A DNA stretch of 64,000 nt, taken from positions 1,699 to 65,698 of the IMG/VR virus record IMGVR_UViG_3300021167_000088. The stretch is one strand, 5' to 3'. The DNA comes from a virus. Lineage: Duplodnaviria; Caudoviricetes. The translations under genes were made by a program, and so were the position numbers. Position 1 is the stretch's first letter. The number at the start of each line of letters is the position of its first letter. The notes under the pieces were generated by a model. It saw nothing but the letters and a program-made list of their open reading frames with translations, was not told the DNA's origin and searched no databases. Positions 10,827 to 18,447 of the stretch are shown one piece after another.

Positions 10827-11073
10827 TTATCTAATGTTAGTATATAAAAACGATAGACACATTTGATCGGTCATGTCTTTAAAAACAAGCACTTATGTTT
10901 TGTAAGCTAAAAACGCCTATATGTTCTATCTCAACTGAACTTTTCAGGATCGGTACAAATGGTACGTTTCGGCAGATGTCTTACACAAACACATGTCCTC
11001 CGACCCGGTTGCTTAAAATAAGAGCGAAAAGATCATATTGGGTTGGTAAATGTCCAGAAAACCGCATGGATAG

Positions 11074-11133
11074 GGCGATGAGACGGCTTGTGATTCCGGT
11101 TGTCGTGGGTTCGAGCCCCCATCAGTCGCCCCA
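11074..11133 (+). pseudogene. tRNA-His(GTG) remnant lacking the D arm; probable attP core
   Basis: TTGTGATTCCGGTTGTCGTGGGTTCGAGCCCCCATCAGTCGCCCCA closely follows the 3' part of proteobacterial tRNA-His (anticodon GTG at 11090-11092, T loop, C73, CCA); 5' GGCGAT can pair with the acceptor 3' strand; D arm absent; one extra C in the T arm. Confidence 0.7.
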
Positions 11134-11138
11134 AGTTA

Positions 11139-11179
11139 AAACGCTCAAGACACTTGCAGCACAAGCGTCTTGGGCGTTT
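11139..11179 (+). terminator. Stem-loop after the tRNA remnant
   Basis: aaacgctcaagac / gtcttgggcgttt inverted repeat (one G-U pair) directly 3' of the CCA. Confidence 0.55.
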
Positions 11180-11274
11180 CCACGTTCACGGTTCCGCAGA
11201 ACGAAAACGTCCTCAAATGACCTCAGATTACGTCAGAGTGACATTAGAGCGGATTTAACTAACTCTCCCCGGAT

Positions 11275-11700
11275 TGACAACGAAGGACGTAGACACGCGC
11301 ACTCTACGGATGTTGCCAAAGGCTATGGGCCGAAGGGTTTCGATAGGAATAAGCTATGGGAGGGTGAGCGCAGCCGCAGGCTCGAAGAGCGGAAAACCAA
11401 ACGTGAGGACGGGGAGCTGTACCAAACAGAATAGGGGGCTATTCGCTCGGTGATGACCGATAAAAAAGAAGCCCTATTGTTCGACATGGCGCTTGAAACA
11501 GCCATGCGCTTGGGTGAGATATTCACCCTAAAAACGGAGGACGTAGACCTGTCGCGCAGGACAATATTTATCCACCGTTCCAAACCGGGGCACCGAAAAC
11601 AGGTGCCTATATCGAGCGTGTTGCTCGAAAAACTCCAGCGTGCCGATCTCACTCAGGAGTATGCGTTCCCTGACTGGTGGCAGGGAGAGAAAAAGAACTG
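11275..11700 (+). pseudogene. int: Tyrosine integrase remnant
   Basis: LLFDMALETAMRLGEIFTLKTEDVDLSRRTIFIHRSKPGHRKQVP carries the catalytic Arg and Lys; upstream LRMLP(K)GY is broken by a 1-nt deletion near 11319 and there is an in-frame TAG at 11432-11434; N-terminal domain and HxxR/Tyr region are missing. Confidence 0.75.
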
Positions 11701-11828
11701 GTGGGCCACAGAATCTCCCACCCACGCCCCACCTTTGTCGCAGGGACGATGCCCTGCCTCGCCAGCCGTTGTAGGTAAGCCTGAGAGCGGTGCAGCATGG
11801 CTGCACAGGTGGGTGCGTCGAGGATCAT
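11649..11828 (-). CDS. Excisionase-like small HTH protein (59 aa, below track cutoff)
   Basis: MILDAPTCAAMLHRSQAYLQRLARQGIVPATKVGRGWEIL matches the MerR/HTH_17-type excisionase pattern; TAATG coupling to the upstream gene; C-terminal tail reads into the integrase remnant. Confidence 0.65.
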   Translation of the reverse strand: MILDAPTCAAMLHRSQAYLQRLARQGIVPATKVGRGWEILWPTSSFSLPATSQGTHTPE

Positions 11829-12055
11829 TAGCAGACGAACAGGTGACGTTCTTCATCGACCTCGAAGACCAGCATACCCATGATCTTGGCCGTGTAACCA
11901 CGCTCTTCGCAGATTGATCCATAGATATAGACTTCTCCGATGCGGCGCATCTCACGGTACTCCTCATGACCGAGGTAAATCCGCGAGGGTTCACGACCCG
12001 TTGCTTTGAAATACTCGCGGTACATTCGATTGATGTCAGATAACGTGATCATCAC
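11828..12055 (-). CDS. Hypothetical protein
   Basis: 75-aa ORF in the operon, coupled to the xis-like gene. Confidence 0.6.
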   Translation of the reverse strand: MMITLSDINRMYREYFKATGREPSRIYLGHEEYREMRRIGEVYIYGSICEERGYTAKIMGMLVFEVDEERHLFVC

Positions 12056-12146
12056 ATTCCTTGTTGAGTGCCGCCCACGCTGTTCCAGCAGCCCGATTTA
12101 ACTCCAGTCATGAGAATTTTATCGGATGTGGGCGGCTTTGAGCGGT

Positions 12147-12437
12147 TTACCAGCCGACAGGTGTCAAATAAGTTTTTGCTTCAAGACCTGTGATGTCTTT
12201 GAATTTGGCACTGATGGTGGCGAGTTTGTTAGCGAGTTCGAGACTCATTACGAACTCTGTCGCTGAGTAATCACCGCTTTGAACAAGTGAGAAACCAAAC
12301 AGCGAATCGTCCCAGCCAGCATCGAAATACGGACCAAACATTTCAAGCGTTTCGTCCTCAAACAACTGATGTTTGTCTTCAGAAAAGTCGTTGTAAGGCA
12401 GGCCGACAACGATAGCAGCGCGATATTCGACGCCCAT
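12147..12437 (-). CDS. Hypothetical protein
   Basis: 96-aa ORF, start overlaps dcd stop. Confidence 0.65.
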   Translation of the reverse strand: MGVEYRAAIVVGLPYNDFSEDKHQLFEDETLEMFGPYFDAGWDDSLFGFSLVQSGDYSATEFVMSLELANKLATISAKFKDITGLEAKTYLTPVGW

Positions 12438-12994
12438 TATTTCAGTCCCAGACCGTGCATTACTGTCGTATGCCCGTTGTACTGACCCATCGTGGCGTAG
12501 GACTTGTCATTGGGCACTTCTTCATGCTCGAAGAACACCACCTGCCCACACTTCATGCCGGGCTTGATGCGTGTCGCGTGGAAGCGCATGTGGTTGACGA
12601 ACTCCAGCGTGAGCACTGAACCGTTCCAGCCGGCGTCACACCACCCTGCGTTCAGGTGGTCGAAGAAGTTGCGAGCCTGCGTGCTCTTCAGCTTGTACTC
12701 GGCACTGAGCCAGTTAGGCAGGTTGAAGATTTCCACGCTGTGCGCGAGTAGCACACCGCCAGGAGGAACCACGTACCCTTCGTCATCCATCTCGATGGTG
12801 TCGAACTGTGCACCCGACTTGTCGAGCATGTCGATCACCGGGACCGTGCCGTCGAAAATCGGTATGCGTTCAACCTTGATCGTCCGACCCAGCACGATGT
12901 CGATACTGGTGGCGTTGATGTGTTCGAACTTCGAGCCTTCGAGGATGCCCCTGTCGATCAGGGACTTTAAAGCGACTGCGGATAATAAACTCAT
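12437..12994 (-). CDS. dcd: dCTP deaminase
   Basis: INATSIDIVLG, KSTQAR, AGWCDAGWNG-LTLEF, GQVVF motifs of the dCTP deaminase family. Confidence 0.9.
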   Translation of the reverse strand: MSLLSAVALKSLIDRGILEGSKFEHINATSIDIVLGRTIKVERIPIFDGTVPVIDMLDKSGAQFDTIEMDDEGYVVPPGGVLLAHSVEIFNLPNWLSAEYKLKSTQARNFFDHLNAGWCDAGWNGSVLTLEFVNHMRFHATRIKPGMKCGQVVFFEHEEVPNDKSYATMGQYNGHTTVMHGLGLK

Positions 12995-13197
12995 ACACTC
13001 TCCAATTCTTTGATGTGTTCAGCGTCCTTGCGGGCATTGCGGGCTGCGAACGGACAACTCGGTGAACTCGACAGGCTGAGAAGATGGCCTCCAGGTGACC
13101 TAAACTTCAGGTGTTTTGTGCCTGCTTCCATCGACCAGCCCTCCCGAAGAAGCTCTTTGACGAGCTTCTTCAATTCCTTGTTACTGGGTAGACCCAT
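12991..13197 (-). CDS. HicA-like mRNA interferase fold protein
   Basis: 68 aa, KELKKLVKELLREGWSMEAGTKHLKFRSPGG: helix, GW, conserved His and PxG pattern of HicA. Confidence 0.6.
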   Translation of the reverse strand: MGLPSNKELKKLVKELLREGWSMEAGTKHLKFRSPGGHLLSLSSSPSCPFAARNARKDAEHIKELESV

Positions 13198-14072
13198 TAC
13201 ATATCTCGGGCGTCTCGCCAGCCAAGGAACACAGGGTGTCGCGGAGCCTCTTTAACTCCGACAGGGAAGAACTTGAACTTGGCGAGGCGTCCAACCAGAC
13301 CCGAATCTCTTTCCGCCCACAAAGCGGCGCGTTCAGAATCCGTAAAACCAGTGCCAATGTTGAATTCAACTCCTTCGTACTGACAGATGAGCGCACCAAG
13401 GTCGCCACGGCCTGATTTATTTGCTTGATGAGAACTACGCTTGGTACGACCAAGCTCGTTGGTGACGGCCTCGTTGCCGTTGTGCATTCGCTCTTCAAAT
13501 CCAACGACAATTGCTTCGGCATCGACAAACCTCTTCATCTTGAGCAGGTACTGCTCGTTAGCTGTGGAACGACCGCACTTGTACGGGGCGCTGGGGTCAC
13601 GCAGGATCAGACCCTCGAAACCTTGGTCAAGACAGTTGCTCTCGTAAGCAAGCAGCTCGTCGATGTTGCGGATCTCGACTTGCTGCAGCATGAAGATGTC
13701 GGCCCTTGGACCCCAGCCACGCATGCGCTTGGCTCGCTCGACATACGAGTCGCCGATGGCGCCGATGTGGTCGAACATGTAGTAGTTGACGGTGTCAGCA
13801 GGCTTGCTGTCCGACATCACAATGCTCGTCGTCTGACGCATTACGTCATGGGCTGTAGGCAACCCGACGATCAGTTCGCCGTCGTAGTTTTCGAGATGCT
13901 TGAACTTGGCCTGCACACCGGCATTAGGAATCGGCTTGTTGCTGCGAGACATTACCACACCGTCCCGCACCGTGGCGCGGATGCCGTCGAGCTTAGCGCT
14001 TGCCAGTAAAGGAAAGCGGAGCTTGCGCAGGTCGACTTCGCAAGCGAGCATGGGTTTGAAAAGCTTGGTCAT
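13197..14072 (-). CDS. lig: ATP-dependent DNA ligase
   Basis: Motif I KLDGIR, YDGEL, FEGLILR, LLKMK, OB-fold FNIGTGF; start MTKLFKPMLA at 14072 overlaps the upstream stop (ATGA). Confidence 0.92.
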   Translation of the reverse strand: MTKLFKPMLACEVDLRKLRFPLLASAKLDGIRATVRDGVVMSRSNKPIPNAGVQAKFKHLENYDGELIVGLPTAHDVMRQTTSIVMSDSKPADTVNYYMFDHIGAIGDSYVERAKRMRGWGPRADIFMLQQVEIRNIDELLAYESNCLDQGFEGLILRDPSAPYKCGRSTANEQYLLKMKRFVDAEAIVVGFEERMHNGNEAVTNELGRTKRSSHQANKSGRGDLGALICQYEGVEFNIGTGFTDSERAALWAERDSGLVGRLAKFKFFPVGVKEAPRHPVFLGWRDARDM

Positions 14073-14272
14073 AAGCTTGTCCTCCCTTTGATCTTGAACG
14101 CAGCACTGATCTCTGCCAGATCCCACCACTTAACAGCGCTGTACAACGCCGGCTCGTTGTTGAACGTGGACTCACCGGCGGCACTCATAAAGCGATGCCC
14201 GAGCCTGTCGGCTTCTTCCTGACTACTTGCCCTGATCTTGATCAGGACGGGCACTTTGAATGTTCTGCTCAC
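14069..14272 (-). CDS. Hypothetical protein
   Basis: 67-aa ORF with overlapping start/stop on both sides. Confidence 0.6.
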   Translation of the reverse strand: MSRTFKVPVLIKIRASSQEEADRLGHRFMSAAGESTFNNEPALYSAVKWWDLAEISAAFKIKGRTSL

Positions 14273-14508
14273 TTCGTTTCTCCTTCAATCGTAGAGCTGT
14301 TCAGAGCCGAGTAGCCGAGCGCTTCGAGAACACGTTCGATACACTCTTCGCCGTTGGCGATACATTCGTATTTCTTGGTTTCTTGCCAGATACGGTAGCC
14401 GCTGTTGGAGCGCGGAACACCCCACACACCGCCTTCGTTGAGGTGTGAGATGAAGTCCGTAGTCCAGGCTTTCGCGGCCGCCATACCTTCAGGGGTGTCG
14501 AGAGTCAT
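14269..14508 (-). CDS. Hypothetical protein
   Basis: 79-aa ORF, ATGA-coupled to thyX. Confidence 0.6.
   Translation of the reverse strand: MTLDTPEGMAAAKAWTTDFISHLNEGGVWGVPRSNSGYRIWQETKKYECIANGEECIERVLEALGYSALNSSTIEGETK
14293..14306 (-). promoter_or_regulatory. CTCTGA-N4-CTCT motif
   Basis: Minus strand CTCTGA ACAG CTCT, about 20 nt before the 14272 start. Confidence 0.6.
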
Positions 14509-15215
14509 GATTTAGAGTCCATCAGAGCCGACCAGCCGACCGGAAACAAAGGTGCGACGATCTCAGCGATCTGCTCGGCGACTTCACGAGTCTCCTGCTG
14601 GGCGCCGGGCGCGAGGCGCTCGCGACAGACACGACAGAAGAACATCAGGCTGCCTGTCCATATCCACTCAGTCATCATGTTCTGCGGAAGGATCATGCGG
14701 GCTTGCTCGGGGGCGACGCCGGCCTCAAGCAGTTGCTCATAACAACGAAGTGACTGTGCAACAGAATCACTCGGTAGCACAAATGAATACAAATTCATTT
14801 GCTTGTAGGCTTCGAGATCAACCACACCCGACGAACCCTGCTTGGCATTGACCGGGCGACCGCGCCACACTTCGGGGAACCAGAACTCGGGTTCAGAATC
14901 CACGTAGCGGCGAGAGACTTCATTCCATACGCCACCTACCTGATGCTTGACGAGCTGGCGGGCAACGAAGATTGGTGCTTTAACGCGAAGCTGTATGGAG
15001 GTGTGAGCAAAGGGTGACCAGTGGTCGTGCTTGGCGAGGTAGTTGATGAGCTTGGCATCTTGGTCACTGAGTTTGTTAAACGGAAGGGCGTCAGGCTGGG
15101 TCCAGTATGTTTCCCACTCGCTCTCTTTGTCGAAGGAGACACGCGCTGCGTCGACAATGGTCAGGTCGTCGCCCATGTGCTTCCGATATTCGACTTTAAT
15201 TGCTGCTGTTTTCAT
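14505..15215 (-). CDS. thyX: Flavin-dependent thymidylate synthase
   Basis: IVDAARVSF, HWSPF, PIFVARQLVKHQVG, NEVSRRY, APEQARMILP. Confidence 0.95.
   Translation of the reverse strand: MKTAAIKVEYRKHMGDDLTIVDAARVSFDKESEWETYWTQPDALPFNKLSDQDAKLINYLAKHDHWSPFAHTSIQLRVKAPIFVARQLVKHQVGGVWNEVSRRYVDSEPEFWFPEVWRGRPVNAKQGSSGVVDLEAYKQMNLYSFVLPSDSVAQSLRCYEQLLEAGVAPEQARMILPQNMMTEWIWTGSLMFFCRVCRERLAPGAQQETREVAEQIAEIVAPLFPVGWSALMDSKS
14514..14527 (-). promoter_or_regulatory. CTCTGA-N4-CTCT motif
   Basis: Minus strand CTCTGA TGGA CTCT, 5 nt before the 14508 start. Confidence 0.6.
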
Positions 15216-15385
15216 GCTGCCACCGGTTCCTTTTCTTCTTCTTTAGGGGTACAGATCAAGACTAAGGCTCGTTCAACACCAAGCTAAGACTTGACTGCAT
15301 TGATGATTTCCGAAGGAGGAAGGTTAGCTGGCACTTGATAAGCTGCCAGCTTCCCGTCCTTCTGCCGTGCATAGGCGATGTTCAT
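15212..15385 (-). pseudogene. 57-codon gene broken by an in-frame TAG
   Basis: MNIAYARQKDGKLAAYQVPANLPPSEIINAVKS*LGVERALVLICTPKEEEKEPVAA; start coupled (TAATG) to upstream gene, end overlaps thyX ATG (ATGA); TAG at 15284-15286. Confidence 0.6.
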
Positions 15386-15840
15386 TACTTCAGCCCAAGA
15401 GCCTTGAGATCCGCATACACGTTCGCAACAACCGGGAGACCCGGTGTCGGCTTCTTCTTTTCATCGGCCATGTACTTGACCAACTCGGGAAGAGCCTCCT
15501 GAAGTTGCTTCAGTGTTTTGCAACCATTGGCAACGCTACGCAAGGAAACGATTGCCGCCTGACGCTTTTTGCAGGCTTCTTGATACTCAACGTAGATCGG
15601 CAGCTTTTCATAACTCTGCGAACCTGAGATCAGACTTTGACCACTGCCGTTGCCAAGATAAACCCAGCTTGTTTTCAAAACACTCTGCACCGCCGGATCG
15701 TCGTAAACTACCTTCACCGACGTAGCAAAGTTATCGTACAAAGCTTTTTGAATTTCTTCGTACGTCGGTTTCGTAGGTTCTGGCAGATCGTTACCCACAG
15801 CGCGAATGAAACAATCGCGTAAATAGTTGGTGAGTCTCAT
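15385..15840 (-). CDS. Putative Nmad5-like (nucleotide-modification-associated) protein
   Basis: MRLTNYLRDCFIRAVGNDLP...CKTLKQLQEALPELVKYM...LPVVANVYADLKALG resembles the Nmad5 family from memory; start 15840 overlaps upstream stop. Confidence 0.5.
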   Translation of the reverse strand: MRLTNYLRDCFIRAVGNDLPEPTKPTYEEIQKALYDNFATSVKVVYDDPAVQSVLKTSWVYLGNGSGQSLISGSQSYEKLPIYVEYQEACKKRQAAIVSLRSVANGCKTLKQLQEALPELVKYMADEKKKPTPGLPVVANVYADLKALGLK

Positions 15841-16079
15841 ACCGCGTTCTCGTTCAGCCACGCGAGTAGGCCCTGCTTGTCGGTCGGCACGTCGACTTCT
15901 TCGACCTCGACACGCGGGCGCTTGTTGGCCTTGATTTCCTTGAACGGCGCTTCGTATGCAATGCGAGTCTTGCGGGCGTCGGCCTGCGTGCCTTCAAACA
16001 TCGTCTTGACCTCGACTTCCCAGCCGTCAGTCGGTGACGGATCTACGTACGCCGGTGATGTGATCTTGTAGAGCTTCAT
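15837..16079 (-). CDS. Hypothetical protein
   Basis: 80-aa ORF with RBS (ggagaacc) and coupling to the next gene. Confidence 0.65.
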   Translation of the reverse strand: MKLYKITSPAYVDPSPTDGWEVEVKTMFEGTQADARKTRIAYEAPFKEIKANKRPRVEVEEVDVPTDKQGLLAWLNENAV

Positions 16080-16104
16080 GCTTGGTTCTCCAGTTGTAAG
16101 GTTT

Positions 16105-16224
16105 TCATTTCGTTTTCCTCAAGTATTCGTACACGCCGACAGTGATGACAACGGACGCTCCGATGGCAGCCACAGTCTTGTGGGTTATCAGAGCGATTTT
16201 CAGTACGTTGAGGAGCAGATTCAT
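16105..16224 (-). CDS. Small membrane protein (39 aa)
   Basis: MNLLLNVLKIALITHKTVAAIGASVVITVGVYEYLRKTK fills the gap between neighbours; hydrophobic. Confidence 0.45.
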   Translation of the reverse strand: MNLLLNVLKIALITHKTVAAIGASVVITVGVYEYLRKTK

Positions 16225-16242
16225 AGGCAGTGATAAGACATT

Positions 16243-16455
16243 TCAGTCCCTCCAGAGGGGTGCGTTACCTGAATGACCGATACGAGAAGCGCCTTTCTTC
16301 GCCATGCTATTTGCCGCCAAAGCGGCCTCCATCGTTGGCCGTGTACCGAGAGGGATATACTCTCGTTTTTCTTGCTTAGTGCCACCCTCGGTCACACGCA
16401 TGTGTCCGTACTCATACGCGTCACCGAGTTTGCGGCTGTACTTGATCTGGCTCAT
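16243..16455 (-). CDS. Hypothetical protein (70 aa)
   Basis: MSQIKYSRKLGDAYEYG...; ATG overlaps the amidotransferase stop; 3' part of track ORF 16243..16818. Confidence 0.55.
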   Translation of the reverse strand: MSQIKYSRKLGDAYEYGHMRVTEGGTKQEKREYIPLGTRPTMEAALAANSMAKKGASRIGHSGNAPLWRD

Positions 16456-17477
16456 ACCGTTACAACCATCGTCCCGTGGTCTTCTTGCGCCGGGAGCAGC
16501 GGGAGCGCGTACGTGTCGCTCGGCTCGACGATGTCGTACTGAGTCAGCTCGGCAATAAGCTCGTCCTGCGTGTAGGCACCGCAGCCGACGGCTTCGACGA
16601 GGCCCCAAGCGAGGTCGCTCGACGAACGGTGGAAGTAGTTCTCGGCAGTGAACCAGTGGATGCTGTCGAGGTTGATTCCCATTTCCTGAGCTGTATCGAA
16701 CAGCTCGCACGCGAAATCTATCGCTTCGTCGTACGCTTCTTCGTCCTCGATTGCTTTCGTCGTTGCTTTTCCTGCCACGACATTCGTCCCAACGGGGTCT
16801 TTGTCGTCTTCGCCCCACGCGTCGTCGTCATCGAACCTGCCGCCGTAACCGTAGACATTCGAGTAACCGCCGTAACTGCTTTTGTAAGCCGGCCTGTCGT
16901 GCACGGTGCCTGTGGTGTCCCACGCGTAGGTATTCGACAACCACGCCCCGTTGTGCTGCACACCGGCCAAGCGGTTGATGGTGACGGTGTTACCGTAGGC
17001 GTCCATAAGGACGAACTTGTTGCTGAAGCCGATGTGTGACGAGATGATCTGGCGGAACGCATCGGTCATGAAGAACTCAGGGTTCTTCAGCAGCATGGGG
17101 CGCAGGAAGTCTTGGATGTAGTGCGCGGTGTCAGAGAGGGATTTATCGGCCGCGTTACCTGTGGAAAGAATACCGTTGTGAACGAGATACAACGGATAGC
17201 CTTCTTCAGCACTGATCACCTGATAAGGGTGACAATTACGGAGATCAATGTCTCCGTGAGTCTTCATCCGAAAATGAACAACACATTCACGGTGAGCAAT
17301 ATTTTCGTGCCAGAACTGAAGAGCTTCTGCTTCTGTTCTTGGTACGATTCGTTGAATATTCAGAGCATTGTTTTCAGCATACATAACGCCGATACCATCC
17401 GAATTGAGGTTGTAAACACCCTTCAAAAAATCGTCGTCGAAGAACGCGTCTTTTGGCTTATTGATAATCAAACACAT
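16452..17477 (-). CDS. Class II (Ntn) glutamine amidotransferase
   Basis: N-terminal MC, NSDGIG, HFRMKTHG, NCHPY, LVHNGIL, SDT; acidic Gly/Tyr-rich C-terminal tail. Confidence 0.9.
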   Translation of the reverse strand: MCLIINKPKDAFFDDDFLKGVYNLNSDGIGVMYAENNALNIQRIVPRTEAEALQFWHENIAHRECVVHFRMKTHGDIDLRNCHPYQVISAEEGYPLYLVHNGILSTGNAADKSLSDTAHYIQDFLRPMLLKNPEFFMTDAFRQIISSHIGFSNKFVLMDAYGNTVTINRLAGVQHNGAWLSNTYAWDTTGTVHDRPAYKSSYGGYSNVYGYGGRFDDDDAWGEDDKDPVGTNVVAGKATTKAIEDEEAYDEAIDFACELFDTAQEMGINLDSIHWFTAENYFHRSSSDLAWGLVEAVGCGAYTQDELIAELTQYDIVEPSDTYALPLLPAQEDHGTMVVTV

Positions 17478-17953
17478 GATTTCATCCTTTTCTTTCGGTT
17501 ATTGGCTTGCTGCTTTGCAGTAGCCCATTGGCAGTTGGCTTTTGAATAGCCTCGTGCGTTGTTCTTGCGATCCAAGCTCATACCGACAGGGCGTTCGCCC
17601 ATATCTTTAAAGAACGCGGTAAAAGATTCCCACCGCTTACAAATGGTTATTCCAGCACCACCGTATCTTTCAAAACCAGTGGCATTTGGGTTGGTGCATC
17701 GTTGACGCATTGCCACCCAGCTTAAATAAGTAGGTGATCGCGCTAAACCATGGAACTCAACGTTGCGGACGCAACCACAAGATTTGGTTCGCCCATTGCG
17801 TACGTTTTTGCCCATGATTTCTTTTGTCTTGCCGCAGTCGCAGCGGCACAAATAAAAGCGTTCTTTCTTTGTGCTGCCGCGACTTTCCAAGCGACTCAGA
17901 ACACTGAGCATTCCGTACTTTTGACCAACCATATCAATACGTGGGGCACCCAT
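17468..17953 (-). CDS. HNH homing endonuclease
   Basis: LCRCDCG, SWVAMRQRC, YGGAGITICKRW, SLDRKNN..GYSKANCQWAT; AT-rich relative to the genome. Confidence 0.85.
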   Translation of the reverse strand: MGAPRIDMVGQKYGMLSVLSRLESRGSTKKERFYLCRCDCGKTKEIMGKNVRNGRTKSCGCVRNVEFHGLARSPTYLSWVAMRQRCTNPNATGFERYGGAGITICKRWESFTAFFKDMGERPVGMSLDRKNNARGYSKANCQWATAKQQANNRKKRMKSCV

Positions 17954-18006
17954 AACTGGCTCCTATCAGATACCTGGTAATAATATGTAGTATATCAGAA
18001 TGCATC

Positions 18007-18020
18007 AGAGTATATCAGAG
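18007..18020 (-). promoter_or_regulatory. CTCTGA-N4-CTCT motif within a 4-unit 10-bp-period array
   Basis: Minus strand CTCTGA TATA CTCTGA TGCA TTCTGA TATA CTAC (18020-17987); contains extended -10-like TGATATACT. Confidence 0.65.
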
Positions 18021-18419
18021 TTAGTTGCGCGAAGACAGACCGATCAGCTCAGCACCGTCAGCACGACGGTGCTTGATGACGTAGCTGACATCTGCATCGG
18101 TCAGGGCTTGCTTGATCTGCGAAGAGGTGTTGCCGAACTTGGAACACAGCTCGGACACGGTGCGCAGGTTGTAGTCGCTTTCCATCAACTCAGCTTCGAC
18201 ACGAACGCCGAGCGACGGACCTTCGACGACGGCTTCGACGATGACCGGAGCGGCTTCGACGACGACCGGAGAGGCTTCGACGACGGTGGAGGTGACCGTG
18301 GTCGCCGGCAGCAGTTCGACCGGAGCGGCAGGAACGTTGTTGACTTGTTCCAGCAGATCAAGAGCGGCGTTGGCAGCGGACAGAGAATTACGAATTACAG
18401 TGATAGTGTTGTTTTGCAT
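18021..18419 (-). CDS. Hypothetical protein with Val/Glu/Ala/Pro-rich linker
   Basis: MQNNTITVIRNSLSAANAAL...; RBS aaggaa; VVEASPVVVEAAPVIVEAVVEG repeats. Confidence 0.7.
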   Translation of the reverse strand: MQNNTITVIRNSLSAANAALDLLEQVNNVPAAPVELLPATTVTSTVVEASPVVVEAAPVIVEAVVEGPSLGVRVEAELMESDYNLRTVSELCSKFGNTSSQIKQALTDADVSYVIKHRRADGAELIGLSSRN

Positions 18420-18431
18420 GATGATTCCTTT

Positions 18432-18445
18432 AGAGTATTTCAGAG
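18432..18445 (-). promoter_or_regulatory. CTCTGA-N4-CTCT motif
   Basis: Minus strand CTCTGA AATA CTCT, directly before the RBS of the 18419 gene. Confidence 0.6.
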
Positions 18446-18447
18446 TT

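Noticed and set aside
10895-11434. Track ORF of 179 aa as a real gene
   Set aside because: It runs through iterons, the tRNA remnant and a terminator; only its last ~40 codons are integrase-derived.
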